Positions 14,097 through 28,249 of a DNA stretch of 64,000 bases are shown one piece after another. The notes under the pieces were generated by a model that was not told the origin of the DNA, searched no databases, and saw only the letters and a program-made list of their open reading frames with translations. Source of the stretch: Octopus vulgaris (Eukaryota); NCBI GenBank assembly GCA_951406725.2, contig OX597827.1:248001-312000 (forward strand), written 5' to 3'. Position 1 is the stretch's first letter; the number at the start of each line of letters is the position of its first letter. A program made the position numbers and the translations under genes.

Positions 14097-17000
14097 ACCA
14101 CTGAACAACATAAAACATAACTCAAAACAATGCAAACATCAAACTTCCCTTACCTCGACATTCCTGTTAAATGTACGTGGCATCAACCCATCAATTATTG
14201 CCCAAAAATGGAAGATCCCATATATAGAGAGTTGGCTTGCCGAAACGGCACATTGCTTCCCTTTCTTTATCCTTACCGAGACTCACCTGAACAACACCCA
14301 TATGGACGCCGAGGTGAAAATAAAGATTTCACCATTGTTTGTGCGGATTGCACAGACCGAAATAAGGGAGGGACAGCCATCTTTATCCATGACTCCTTTT
14401 CACTTGATGCCAAGGACATATTTTCCAATGGCTACTGTGAATCGGTATCACTATTCAGCAAGGCCAAGGACATAATCATTGTTGGTCTTTACAGGCCTCC
14501 CCAAGCACCTCTAAAGTGCTTTGAAGAGTGCCTTTCTTAGGAAGTACCACTCCGGAAACATACTAGTGATGGGTGATTTTAACCTCCCTCATGTGAACTG
14601 GCCCACAAATACTCTGAAGTTAGGCAAATGCTCTACATCAGATAGAGCAGCAGCAGAACTGCTCTTTAATCTAATGGATGAATACTTCCTGACTCAGCTA
14701 GTGCTCGAACCAACGAGACAGAATAAAACGATCTTGGGTCTGGTATTGACCAATCACTCTAGCTTCGTTCACAGTATTTCAGTTGAAAAAACTCTCCTCT
14801 CAGACCACGACATGATACTCTGCAATTTTAATTCCCGACATATAAAAACCAAACCAGCCAATCCCACTCCATGGCACCCATTTGACAACATAAACTTCCA
14901 CAAAGCGGACTGGGGAACAATCAGAAAGGATCTGTCTACCATCGACTGGTCTTTTACTCTCAATTCCTCTCATATTGAGACCGCGTGGCAGCACTTTGAA
15001 AACGTTGTCACCTATACATGCTCTAAACACGCTCCCAAGAAATCTACTAACACAAACAGAAACCGGCTCCCTAAAAAGAAAAAAATACTCATCAGGCGCA
15101 TCAAAAGACTCAACAAAAAAAATCAACCAATTAAAATATTCCTACATACAACATCCACATTCAACAACAATGAAAAGGCTAGAGCTGGAAAAACTTCATC
15201 TGCAGACCGACATGAAAACCTCAATTGAAAATCAAAGAGCTGTGGAGGAACAGTGGGTAATCAAAAACATCAAACAGAACCCAAAAGTGTTCTATTCTTA
15301 TGCAAATAAGCATAGAACCACTGTCTCACCCATTGGGCCATTGATTGATGATAACGGCATTCCCCAACACGATGCTAAAGAAATGGCAGAAATACTGCAG
15401 AAACAATACTGCTCTGTCTTTAGTGTTCCCACTGATATTGACGTAAGAGAAGCGAACGAAGTTGACTCACAACATAAAATCTCAGACATGACCTTCACTG
15501 CCACTGACATCGTAGCAGCAATAAATGAGGTCAAATACTACTCTGCTGTAGGCCCTGATAGATTCCCCGCTAGTTTCCTGAAGGAATGTAGACACCAACC
15601 TCTGGAGAAATTCGTTAGACGCAGGTTATATACTGAAGCAGTTTCTATCCCAGTCAGTCATCCCGGTTTTCAAACAGGGAAACAGATCCCTCGCAGTCAA
15701 CTATCGCCCAATCTCACTCACCTCCCACATCATTAAAGTGTTTGAAAGAGTGTTAAGATCAAGGATAGCTGACTTCCTGGAGACCCACAAACTCCTAAAT
15801 GCAAATCAGCATGGCTTTCGCTGTGGCAGGGACTGTCTAACACAGCTCTTACACCACATTGAAGATGTACTCAAAGCCTTGGGAACAGGTTCGAACTCTG
15901 ATGTCATATATCTTGACTTCAGTAAAGTGTTCGACAGGGTAGACCATATTATCCTACTCTCAAAATTGGCAAATGTTGGAATCCGTGGAAAAGTTCTAAA
16001 CTGGATTAAGTATTTCCTGGCGAATAGAACACAACATGTTGTAGTTGATGGAGTCCACTCAAGCCCAGCAAAAGTCACCAGTGGTGTCCCCCAGGGGACT
16101 GTCTTGGGTCCGCTACTCTTCATAATTTACATAAACGACCTTTCCAGTGTCGTACATTACTGCAAAGTGAAAATATTTGCTGATGACACTAAGCTCCAGC
16201 AAATCGTCAATGAAGAAGCAGACTGAACTCAACTCCAGTCTGATCTACATGCTGTGAGTCAATGGGCAGACAGAAACAAAATGCAACTGAACGAGGGAAA
16301 ATTTGAGCTGATGCATTTTGGAAGAAATTCCTCACTAAAACAGCCATGCTCTCTTCCTTCAGGGGAACCGCTCCCAGCCTCTAACAATATCAGAGACCTG
16401 GGTGTAATTGTTGATGACAATCTCAGTTGGAGTGCACACATCAACAAGAAGGTTGATATAGCTCTTAGGATGAGTTCCTGGATCTTAAGAACTTTCCGGT
16501 CCAGAGAACAAGGTGTCATCATACAACTTTTCTCCTCCTTTGTATGGCCACACCTCGAATACTGCTGCCCACTGTGGTCTCCCCATACAAGACAAAACAT
16601 CTCAAGGATTGAATCACCCCAGAGGGCACTTACTAAACGAATTGAAGGCATGGCTGCTCTCGATTATTGGGATCGCCTTAAAGCCTTGAAACTCTACTCT
16701 CTCCAGCGTCGCCATGAGCGGTACATCATTTGTACGATGTGGAGAATATACCACCAACTTTGCCCAAACGACCTGAACATTAGCTTCAAGGTTCATCCAA
16801 GACTGGGACCACGGGCCATACGTCCCCTGCCCAATTCCAGATCACAGCATACATGTACACTGCAACATAATTTCTTTTCCTCAACAGGCCCTGCCCTATT
16901 TAACATTGTCCCGAAAGAGATCAAAGAGGAAATGGATCCCATCAACTTTAAACGGAGTCTGGATAGATTCCTTCAAAGAATACCAGATAAGCCACCCATA

Positions 17001-17135
17001 ATTGGATACAACTCACCCAACAAAAACTCACTACTTGAATGGACCATAAACAAAACTTGACTTAAACAGGATTCAAATAATCCTATCAGGTGGTGCTATT
17101 AAGTTAGACATGGCCTGGACCAATCATTAAGTTTA
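14093..17135 (+). mobile_element. CR1-group LINE, third more distant family, frameshifted ORF2
   Basis: Consecutive ORF pieces: [39 protein letters not shown] region, [33 protein letters not shown]. Ends 17060. Confidence 0.85.
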
Positions 17136-17594
17136 TATATAAGTTTTTTACACAGATCCAATGTCAAACAGTACATGGCAGATCAAATCCTTCTCGCCGT
17201 GACATTCTTAAACACTTACACAGAAGAAAACTTATCACTTCTTTCATCATTTTTCCTCTTTTTTTTCTTTTGTTTTGCAGGTGATCCTTAACAACTTTAA
17301 AATTTAAAGACACACAAAAAAAAGGGGGTTAAAAATTTATTAAATTTCTTTCGTGATCAATCAAATATCATGTGTAGTGAGGAAAAGTTTTCTTTTGTTT
17401 CCAGTAACTAATTATTTTTTTAAAATCAATTATTCACATTTCTGCATATTTGCTTATTTACATTCATGACACACACCCACACACGTCTGGTCAAACCGTC
17501 CAACCTATGTCAACATGGAAAATGGATGTTAAATGGTGGTGATGATATGTACTATATATATCTATATATACATATCCACATGTACATGTGTGTG

Positions 17595-17778
17595 TGGCAC
17601 GTTAAAAGCACCCACTACACTCACGGAGTGGTTGGCGTTAGGAAGGGCATCCAGCTGTAGAAACATTGCCAGATAAGACTGGAGCCTGGTGCAGCCTTCT
17701 GGCTTCCCAGATCCCGGTCGAACCGTCCAACCCATGCTAGCATGGAGAACGGACGTTAAACGATGATGATGATGATGT
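17595..17778 (+). mobile_element. RTE 3'-end fragment
   Basis: Near-identical to the tail at 3020-3190 and ends in (GAT)n. Confidence 0.8.
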
Positions 17779-17787
17779 ATGCATATA

Positions 17788-17834
<47 letters not shown>

Positions 17835-18507
17835 ATATATATGTATATATATACATGTATATATATGTATGTATATGTGTATGTATGTGTGTATATATGT
17901 GTGTGTGTGTCTTCTATGGTTTTTGGCCAACTAAAGCCTTGTGATTGAGATTGGTAGAAAAAGAAACCTGTTGTATGTGTGTGTGTTTATCTTCTTGTCT
18001 TGGCATTACTGGTAAACAGATGCCACTGTCACGAAAACTGTTGTTTGTTTGCAATCTTACTAAAAAAAAATATCCAATTGAGATGAAAATAACAACTTGC
18101 ATGGAAACACATGAGAGTTGGTGACATGAAGAGCATCCGACTGCAGAAACTCTGCCTCAGTGATGTTTTTTTGGCTCATCCAGTGATAATAATGGATCTT
18201 GCAAAACAAATTCAAAAGCAAAATAAAACTTAAACTTTGGACAAATTGTCAACTTAATGAGTCCTGTTGTAAGTAAGTTCCCTGGTTATTACTGGTGGTG
18301 AGTCTTAGAACTTGTAGGGCCAGCTTCCCAGTTTCCATGACACTTAAGACTGAGATCCCAACATTGCCCCACTGAATGGGATGTTGGTCCATCATAGAGT
18401 ATGTTCATTTACAGCTTAGTGGAATATGAAGCAACATGAAATAAAGTGTCACCTAATCTGGGAATCAAAAGCATGATGTTGCAATTATGGGTACAGCACT
18501 CTAGCCC

Positions 18508-19164
18508 ACTGGTTCTCATCTGGGGTCCATTTAGCCCTTGTGAGTCCATATAAGATTTTGTTATTAAAATTTATCTGCAATAGTTACTACTACAATACGC
18601 AAAATATTTTAACAATTTTTTAATGCAATTTTTAATACAGGCATGGGTGTGTGGTAAGAGGTTTGCTTCCCAACCACATTATTCCTGGTTCAGTCCCACT
18701 GTGTGACACCTTGGGTGGGTGCCTTCCACTATAGCCTTGTGAGTGGATTTGGTAGACAGAAACTGAAAGAAGCCTGTTTATATATATATATATATATGAA
18801 TGTGTGTGTGTGTGTGTGTGTCTATATTTGTACCACCCATTGCCACCTGACAACTGGTGTTAGTGTTTTTACATCCCCATAACTTAGCAGTTCAGCAAAA
18901 AGAATGATAGAATAAGTACTAAGTTTAAAAAAGAAGTCCTGGGGTCAATTTCTTCGACTAAAATCCTTCAGGACATTGCCCCAGCATGGCTGCAGTCAAA
19001 TGAGTGAAACACAATTTTTTTTTTTTAATTAAGAAGAATTCTTAATAATATCTAATTATAAAAACATGATATGATTTTATTAAAGATCAAAAGGCCATGA
19101 GGGTCCATCCGAGTAAAAAGCTAATCAAAGGGGTCTGGAAATAAAGAATTGTTGAGAAACGCTG
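18508..19164. mobile_element. Degenerate hAT-like MITE containing a SINE-A insertion (18638-19012)
   Basis: Imperfect termini CACTGGTTCTCA and TGAGAAACGCTG. No clear TSD. Confidence 0.35.
18638..19012 (+). mobile_element. tRNA-derived SINE family A
   Basis: GGCATGGGTGTGTGGTAAG..GGTTCAGTCCCACTG head, internal TA/TG tract, GCCCCAGCATGGCTGCAGTCAAATGAGTGAAAC tail. Confidence 0.75.
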
Positions 19165-19356
19165 CTCTGACTACTTGGCCTCCACAGTATGTTGGTTCAT
19201 CAATTTCCATTCAATAATAAAACCAAACGTTTTTCTTCCTTTTCTGTTATATCATGTCTAATTATTGAAATCTATCTTTTCAGTTCTCTACTACACTCTG
19301 TTCTTGTGTCCAAGTAGTTCATTCAAGTGAAGTGTCAGTGATTTGAGCTTTCCTAC

Positions 19357-19521
19357 ATGGACAAGATGCAATCTGTCAAATCAATCCAATCTATGTGGAA
19401 ACAGTTTACATTTTGTGGTAAAACCTACCATCGGAATGATCAGTGGAAGACAACCAACAACGGCAATGAAAATGATAAACAGAAGAAATCACAGCTGGGC
19501 AATTTACTCCAAGAGATGCCT

Positions 19522-19557
<36 letters not shown>

Positions 19558-21075
19558 CAACAACAACAACAACAGCAGCATCAGCAGCAACATCAGCATC
19601 ATTCACACCATCCTCAACATAATCATTTATATTCTAATAATTACAACTATGCAAACAATAATAGCAACCTCAGCAACAACTCTCCTGGTGGTGGTGGTGG
19701 CAGTGGTAGTAATAGTGGCAGTAGTAGTAGTATGATGAATGTAAATCATTCAGTGACTGTTACAGGTTCTAATCACGACAGTACCCTATCAACTGGTTCA
19801 GTACGTGGCATGAATTCTGAAATCAAAGAATTCAGGTGCAATCTCTGCCCTAAAATATTCTCACAACAGACGGGTCTTCAAATTCACATGCGAGTCCATT
19901 TAGAAAAACCTTTGAAAGTTTCAACTAGTCCTAAGCATTATGGTCAAGACTCTGCCCAGAAAAACCATGAACATAGCCATTCCTCAGAGAAAACTTACCA
20001 ATGTAATGTTTGCTTCAAGATATTTAATCAACAAGTGAACCTGCGTAACCATGAACGAACACATACAGGGGAAAGACCTTTTCAGTGTAATGTTTGCATG
20101 AAATCATTTACCCAGCAAACCATACTTCATAACCACCAGCGTGTTCACTCAGGTGAGAAGCCCTTTAAATGTATTATCTGTGAGAAATCATTCAGTAACC
20201 AAACTATTTTAAAAAACCATGAACGTGTACATACTGGTGAGCGACCATTTAAATGTAACAATTGTCCGAAGGCATTCAGTAATCAAACCATCTTAAAAAA
20301 CCATGAACGTGTTCACTCAGGAGAGAAACCGTTCCAGTGTTCTCTATGTCTGAAAGTTTTTAGTCAGCAAACAAGTTTGAAAAATCATCAACGCATCCAT
20401 ACTGGCGAGAAGCCTTTCCAATGTGCTGTTTGCTTGAAGTCTTTCAGTCATCAAACCATTCTTAAAAATCATGAACGAGTCCATTCTGGGGAGAAACCAT
20501 ATAAATGCTTAGTTTGTTCAAAGTCATTTAGTCATCAAACTATTCTAAAGAACCATGAACGTATCCATTCTGGGGAAAAGCCATTTCAGTGTAGTGTTTG
20601 TTTGAAGTCCTTCAATCAGCAAACTATTCTTCGAAACCATCAGAAAACACACACTGGGGCATTTCCATACAGCTGCTCTTTCTGCACAAAGGTCTTCTCA
20701 GAAGAAGAATATTTAAAAGACCATGAATATGTCCATCGAAAACATCAAGATATTAGGAATGATCTCCCTAGAGAGGATGATGTGGGAAGTCCCACCCCAC
20801 CATACACACCACCAGTTCAATCATCTTCCTCACCTCCTTTATCATCAAGGTCCTCTCCAATGCAACAGTCTACTCCATCAACCTCAGCTCCCTCCTCATC
20901 TCCTGTACCATTTTCTTCAGCACCTATTCCACCAATGTGGCGACCTCCTGCATATCTGCAACCAATGCCACCGCAGTATTGGGAAAATGATTATAATTGG
21001 TCTAGGGCTTTCTCTGTGTCGACATATTTAACACCTTGGACAAAGCGGTCATCAAACCGTGGGAAAACTCACTGA
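19357..21075 (+). CDS. C2H2 zinc-finger protein with polyQ/low-complexity N-terminus, 10 fingers (+1 degenerate) and Pro/Ser-rich C-terminus
   Basis: 572-aa ORF with repeated CxxC..HxxxH and TGEKPF/SGEKPF linkers; Q19 tract; candidate acceptor TCTATCTTTTCAG ending at 19283. Start codon uncertain. Confidence 0.9.
19522..19578 (+). repeat. Coding trinucleotide repeat (CAG)9(CAA)8(CAG)2
   Basis: Seen directly; encodes Q19. Confidence 0.95.
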
Positions 21076-21129
21076 AAGAACTTTTGTCATCATCATCATC
21101 ATCATTATCATCATCGACACCATCATCAT

Positions 21130-21465
21130 TGTTCCTCATTTTAATGTCCACTTTTCCATGCTTGCATGGGTTGGATGGAGTTTATTGAGGTAGATTTTCT
21201 GTGACCAGACATGTTCTCACAGAATATTGGAAATGAATGACATTGCTTGCATGATGGTGACAGTCATTTTACAACTATCACATGATGTCATAACAAGGAG
21301 ACACAAACACATATGCACACATACATATGTGTGAATGATGGGTTTCTTTCAGTTTTCATATACTAAATCTACTCACAAGGCTTTGCTCAGCCCAGGGCAA
21401 TAGTAGAAGACACTTGCCCAAGGTGTCGTGCAGTGGGACCGAACCCAGAATCATGTGACTGAGAT
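21130..21465 (-). mobile_element. SINE family A variant with RTE-like tail
   Basis: Reverse complement of the A-type head (GACACTTGCCCAAGGTG..CAGTGGGACCGAACCC) joined to TTTTCCATGCTTGCATGGG next to (CAT)n. Confidence 0.6.
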
Positions 21466-22479
21466 TTCAGAGTCACCTGAAATCATCTTTGTGAGTTCCC
21501 AATAAGTGAAATTAGCAATCTGATTTTTTAAAGCTTCACTTTAACAGTATTATCAACTAATTAAGACATTATCACAACCACTACCACCACCACCATCATC
21601 ATCATCATAATTATTATTATTATTATTGTTATTTGCTTTTCATCCTTTTGGGGTCGATGAATTAAGTACCAGTTGAACGCTGGGGTTGATGTAATCGACA
21701 CATCCCCTCCCCCAAAATGGCTAACCTTGTGGCAAATTTTAAAACCATTAATATTATTATCATTATTGTAATTAGTATTGTAATTAGTATTGTAGTAGAG
21801 TGACAGATTAAATGGCTTGCTGTGTTGAGTTACATCTCTGTAGTTTCAAATATTGCAAAGAGTCAACTTTCACCCTCTCAATCAGACATAAAAGAATGGA
21901 AAAAGTCTATCATGGTCTCTTTGTAACTGGTGGCCTGTAAATGCTGCATCCAGTTTATTGATGTCCAGAGTCGTTTTAAAAGTACGAGAATGATATTCAT
22001 GGCTGGAAGATAATTCAAATCCCTGATATAACCCTAACTCATCTCAAATACAATTGTGTGCTCTTGTACCAATGTAAAAATTGTAAAAGAAGGGAAAAAA
22101 AAAGGAAAAAATTTACCATTTATAATGTTCCTCTTCCTCATCATCACTACCACTAATATCAGGATCATTTTCATCATCATCATTAAGTGTTCATCACTTA
22201 CGAAAAATTTATTTTTGTCTTGCAAAAGCTATACAACAAAAGCTGAACATTTCCAGAGGTTTGTGACCAGAAACTTGTGAATTCTATATATTTGGCATTA
22301 TGGTCTCTTTCTTTATATCTCTGTCATATGTATGTGTGGTGTGTGTGCAATTTCATTTTTAAAAATTTAGAGTTAATTTTGACTGGCCACCCACTTGGTA
22401 GCAAGCTTGTGAAGGAGAGCATTTTGTTTTCTATGTATCTATGAGTGTATGCGTGTGTATGAACGTATGTATGTATATA

Positions 22480-22696
22480 CAAGGGGGTGCTAAAAAGTTC
22501 TTGGCTTTAAGGGTATCATGAAAAGCCTGGTTGGGGTCCCAACTTTCAGTTCTTTTACAGGGCTTAGGAAAACTGAAGGACCGCTGCAATAAGTGTGTGA
22601 ATTTGAGAGGGGAATATATTAAATAAAATCATAATTAACTGATCTTCCTGTATTTTCTTTTACCCAAAACCAGGAACTTTTCAGCCCCACCCCTCA
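22480..22696 (+). mobile_element. Mariner-derived MITE
   Basis: TA-flanked imperfect TIRs CAAGGGGGTGCTAAAAAGTTCTTGG and CCAGGAACTTTTCAGCCCCACCCCTCA; remnant of the transposase C-terminus (NKCVNLRGEY). Confidence 0.65.
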
Positions 22697-24499
22697 TAGT
22701 TTTTCTATAAATTATCTCAAGTGATGCTGCTCCCGTATACATCATCAGTAGTGTTTCCTGGTGTCATTAGGCATTTCAGGTCATTCATCAATCAAACTCA
22801 CAACTGGGTGATCCAGCTGGAGTTGATCAAATCCCAGCTTGTCTCCAGTTAGCACTACACCTGGTAGCACTGCCCCTTTCAGGGCTCACACTTCCTGACC
22901 TACAGCCACCTTTAGTCAATCTCTAAAGACGACTAGGTCAGGAAGTGTCAACTTGATGGCCTTTCATCTATTTGCTTCTCTAAGATGTGCAGAGAAAATG
23001 CCCTGCACACTTTTTACATCCCGTATAAAAAATATATATTTATATAAAATAAAACTTAGATATTGTTATATTTCAGGATGGTCATTTTTTTTGTCTTGCC
23101 AAATAAATACATGCACTATTTGGCAAGAAAAAGGGAAATGACCATCCCAAAATATAACAATATTTGTTTCAACACGCAATTTCACATCAAGAATCTTGCA
23201 AAACAAATACATGAATGTAAAAACTTAGTTATGTTTCAGCCAAAATTAGCCCAGGCCATATCTCACTTTGCATCATCACCTAAAAGAACCTTTAAGTCAT
23301 TTTAAAATCAAGTATTGTGGTTTCATGGCTCATTCAAGTTAGGGGGTTGTTATTGACTAAGATGTATCCAGGTAAAGGTGGCTTGTTTTGGTATCCCTTT
23401 CCAGATATTGTTTGAAGGTGATGATCCTTTTCTGCTTTGATTCGTTTTGGGATGTTGAATTGAGCAGGGCCAGTTAGGCAAAAGTATTCATGTTGCAATG
23501 TGATTATGTGTTATGACTCTGAATTGTACAGGGAGTGTATGGCATTGGGCCCTAGTCTTTATTGAATTGTGAACTTGATGTTAAGATGATTTGGGCAATG
23601 CTGATAGTATATTCTCCACATTATGCGAATAAATCAGTCATGCTATTATTTTCTTTTATGATTGTTATCTGGGGGTGTCTCAGTTGTCATAATGTTTTCT
23701 TCAGTATGGTGAGACCACTGATATGACACCTGACTCTTTCCTGCATCGCCTTGGACAGAAATTTTCCCTTCCTCATCTTGTATGAAAAATGTTGAATTTC
23801 CTCATGCACCACCAGCCTGATGAGCTTTTCATCCACACCTTTCCCCTGTGCAAAGGCACACATCGACTTACTGATGATTTCCTGGATTTCAGTGATGAAT
23901 TCCAGATTTCTGATGGTGTCACATCATTGATTACAGGTTTTCCTCTCTGTTGTTCCCACGTAGTCGAAACCTGAATCTTTTAGCTCCTTTCTGACCTTTT
24001 TCACCATCCTTCTGTTGATGTCGGGGAAGGCAAACTCTTGTTTGTCCTTCTTTTCTGCATAGATTCCAAGGACTCCATGCCTCTTCCAAAAATTTGGGTT
24101 TTCAAAATTTTCCATAGTCAATTAATATGCAAAAAAATAATGCAAAAATGGTTATTGTTTTTAAGAAGAAAAAGATGGATTACAAAAGTAAGAAAATTAT
24201 GTGTTAAATTAGCAGTTGAAAATTGCGAACAATAACATCTGCACTGTGTGTGTGTATATATCATTATCATCATTATCATGGTTTCACGTCCGCTATATAT
24301 AAAATGTGAAGTAGTTGGCATTAGGAAAGCCATCCAACTGTAGAAACCATGCCAAAATAGACATTAGAGCTCAGTGCAGCTCTCTAGCTCCTCAATCCAA
24401 CCCATGCCAGTATGGAAAAGGGATGTTAAATGAGGCTGTTATGTATAAAATTGTGTCTGTGTGTCGGGTGCCTGCCAGCGTGCTGTGGACTTGTTTGAC

Positions 24500-26700
24500 T
24501 TTTCCAAGCATCTCCGACATCTGAACATCTCTCCAGCCGAACTCCCGGCCCTTTGATGTCTCCAACGCCGCAAAGACATCATCATAAAACCAGCCGACAA
24601 GGGTGGAGCTGTGGTGGTGTTACGCACGAACCTCTACAAGGCCAACTTCAAGACACCTCCTACTGCTCTCTGTCCTCTAACCCCATGCCCAGCTCCCAAT
24701 AGACTGTGTCCTCCACTATCCATGAGCTCATCTCCTCCACCTGTCTCCCCCCACCACCTCTAACCTCATTGTTCGCACCCCACAATTTACTTCCCAAAAT
24801 CCACAAGCCTAACAACCCTGGCTGCCCCATTATCTCCGCCTGCAACTGCCCCACCGAACTCATCTCCAGATATCTTGACCGTGTTCTTGCCCATCTAGTG
24901 GCTTCCCTCACCACAAGGGGCTGCGTGCACTCCAACATTTCCTTGACCTTCGACCCAACCTCCAACCTGACTCATCCACACTTCTTCATTTGGCTGAACT
25001 TGTCCTCTCACTTAATTACTTCTCGTTCGTGGGTGATTTTTACCAGCGCTACTTGGGAGTGGTCATGGGAACAAGAATGGACCCCAACTATGTGAACCTG
25101 TTTGTTGTCCACGTTGAGGCCCAAATATTCTCAAGTTTCACATTATATTGATGACTGTATCCATTCGACCTCACTCTTCCACGAACATCTATACTTCTTC
25201 CTCTCTTTTGTCAAATCTTTCCATCCTACCCTCCACTTCTGCACTATTTCCGACACCTCAGTCGCCTTTCTTGACATTTCGGTCAGCATTCATCACTCCA
25301 CTCTCACTACCTCCATTCACTACAAACACACAGACTCACACTCATACCTCAACTTCTCCTCCCACCCTAAACACACCAAGCTCTCCATCCCCTATTCCTA
25401 ATTCCTCCGTCTACTCAGTCTCAACTCACAGCTCGCCACTTCATCCTATGTGGATATCCCCTCACCACCATCCACACTGCCCTTGTCAGAGCACGTTCCG
25501 TGGACCATGCATCTGCTCTCTCCCCCTGCACCTGCCCTGCTGTTATCCATCTCCCGCTTTCCCTCACCTACCGCCCTACCTCTCCAACGCACCATTCTCT
25601 GAGCCTTCCGGCAACTCCTGTCTGACCCCTCCACTTTGCACATCTTCCATAACTGACCCCCCTCCTCCTTCAAATGAGCCCACAACCTACAAGACCTTTT
25701 GGTCCACAGCTTCCCTAACCCAGTCTCCCGACCCAGCTCATTCCCCTGCTCCTGTCCATGCTGTTGCACTTGCTTACCTCTCCAGCACCATCCTCCTCAC
25801 AGGTTCCCATCATCGACCCTATCATATCACTGATTCCTTCACCTGCATTTCTAGCAATGTCATCTACTACATCTCCTACTCTTTCTTTGTCCTTTTCTAT
25901 ACATCGGTCAAATGGGACGCTGCTTGACTGACCAGTTTGCGGAACACCTCCAAGACATCAGACTTGGCAATGACACCCCAGTCTCGTGCCATTTCCACTC
26001 TACCAGTCACTCTCTACAACACCTGTCTGTGTTTGGATTGTCCTTGCACAGGCGCCATCCGAACTTCTGTCTTTGCTGTGAGCAGGGATTAATCTTGTCT
26101 CTTCGCTTTTTTGCACCACATGGGCTCAACTCTCCTCTCTTGCTCTGGTACTTCCTCTCTTCACTCCTACTCACCTTCTCCTTCCACTCTCTCCCTTCAT
26201 CATCACCCATTCCCTCGTTACTCCACCCCTACACATTCTCATCCCACCGTCCCTATACATCCCATCCCTTAGACCCTACCCTTGCTTCCCCCACCCTCGC
26301 CTCCCTCACACCCCAACACCACACCACACACCACCATACCACACCACATCACACCACCCTGCGCACTCTAGCACTGACCACTTCCCAGTAGCCACACCAT
26401 CATCCACACACATGCACATACATGCATGTGTGCCTTCGTTTTGGGATCACCACTACTTTATTATTTCCCCTTCTTCCTAGCTCTCCTGTGTGATCCCTCT
26501 GTCCAGCATTTGCTATGATAGATCGCAAGCCACTAAACCTTTTTCTATTTTCTCTCCCTGTTTATTTCTGGGTTCCTTTCTGTTGAAGAGCATAGGCTCG
26601 AAACGTAAAAGACTTTCTCACTTTCCGAGCGTTAAACTAATACATCTGTTTGTTGTTTCCACACCCGTCTTAATCTTTTGTTTCTTTGTAAATTCTCACT
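24500..26700 (+). mobile_element. Degenerate Penelope-like element (RT + GIY-YIG) with 3' pLTR
   Basis: Fragments DIIIKPADKGGAVVV, LLPKIHKPNNPG.PIIS, YIDD, VAFLDISV, YKHTDSHSYL, SNVIY, YIGQ.GR.L..F.EH. HHR-like motif at 26576-26611. Ends at a TA/CA tract. Confidence 0.8.
26576..26611 (+). ncRNA. Minimal hammerhead-like motif (A6 variant)
   Basis: CTTT-CTGTTGA-A-GAGC[ATAG]GCTC-GAAACGTA-AAAG; palindromic ACGT stem III. Confidence 0.6.
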
Positions 26701-26702
26701 AC

Positions 26703-26735
<33 letters not shown>

Positions 26736-28249
26736 TGCTCATTCCCATCAGAGTACATATGGCACCCTACTTTCTTCTAGTCTTTCCCGCCATCACTAAG
26801 CTTTTATGTGTCCATCTGTTTCATCACCTTGCCCCTTTTTGTCTGGCTAGAACTTTGCCCCAGCCACAGACCTGATCGTTTGGATGGTTCAGCTGGATTT
26901 GATGAACCAGAGAACCGTGTTGGGCTCCACTGACTGCTTTGGCATAGTTTCTAAGCCTGAATACCTTTTCTAATGCCAACCACTTAACAGAGTGTACTGG
27001 GTACCTTTCTTTTATTTATATTGCCCAGGCTCTAGTGAGGTAACCTAGCAATCTTATCTTTGCAAGATAAAATTCTTTAACAGTGTTGGGAGTGGGGTAT
27101 TGCAGGAAGTGGCTTTGTGCCAGGTGCTGAGAGGCTAATGTATGGTAGATGGGGAGGAGCAGGTGTTTTGCAGTGGAGGAGAGACATGGCTGCTTCAGCA
27201 GGAAACAGAGAAAGGGTGGTGTAAGTGAAGTGTCAGGATATCCTTCAAAGTACAAGGAGGTGGATAAAGAGAGAACAAGAACAATGAATCGAGTATGGCT
27301 GGGTGAGTAGGTTGGTGAAAGTGAATATCGTCATCATTGACAGTGGCAAGGACTTGTTTCTGTGTATTTGGTTGAGTGGAGTGAGGGAGTGATAGGCGCT
27401 CTGATGGCTAATAAGCCCAATTCCTACTCTAAACAACTTGTTGTCAGAATCGCATTAGATTGTAGGTGCTGGTTGGAGTTGGGTTGCTCTGACTTTCCTG
27501 CATTGTCATTTCATTCCAATATCCATTCTTCTGTTTCCTTCAAAATGGGATATTCCTGCCTCAGTCAAATTACACCAAACAGTGCATTGGTTTTTTTGTC
27601 ATTTCCAAGGAATTCTGGTCTATACCAGTAATCTTCCTTCAATTTGTCTTTATAGCATCATGGGGGTGTCACAAGAGTGTCTACCATTGTTCAATTCCCC
27701 AAATAGGAATATCTTTGTAAACCTGTTTTCCCCCATGTGAGCCATGTGGCCTGTCCATCTGAGGTAGTACTTGATGATTGTAGTCTCCATGTTAACTCAT
27801 TTCACTCCCTTTATTATGCCAGTGTTGGCAACATAGTCTTCCCATTCAATGTTCATGATAGACCAGAATTTCTTTTGATGCAATTGTTCAAGCTTTTTTA
27901 GGTCATAGTGGTACCCACTCTTACAGCTGGGTACTATATATGTATATATTTGTATGCGTATGTGTGTGTATGTATGTGCTTATATTTAGAAATATATATT
28001 TGTATATGTGTGTATATATATATATATATACATAGACACACACACACACACACACACCAGTGTCTCCCCAAAATGTATATATACATGGAATGATTATAAA
28101 GCTAGTTAAAATACATTTCCTTTTAAAAATTTAATAGAATCTACAGATAGCATTTAATTCTTTTTATGAATGCCTCTTTTGAAATAGATGATCGTTTAGC
28201 TCCAGGCACCGCTGATAATACAAGGCAATGGAATAAAAAAAAAAAAGAA

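Noticed and set aside
17260-17300. Strong splice acceptor (TTTGTTTTGCAG) as an upstream exon of the zinc-finger gene
   Set aside because: No supported donor or coding signal; cannot be established without transcripts.
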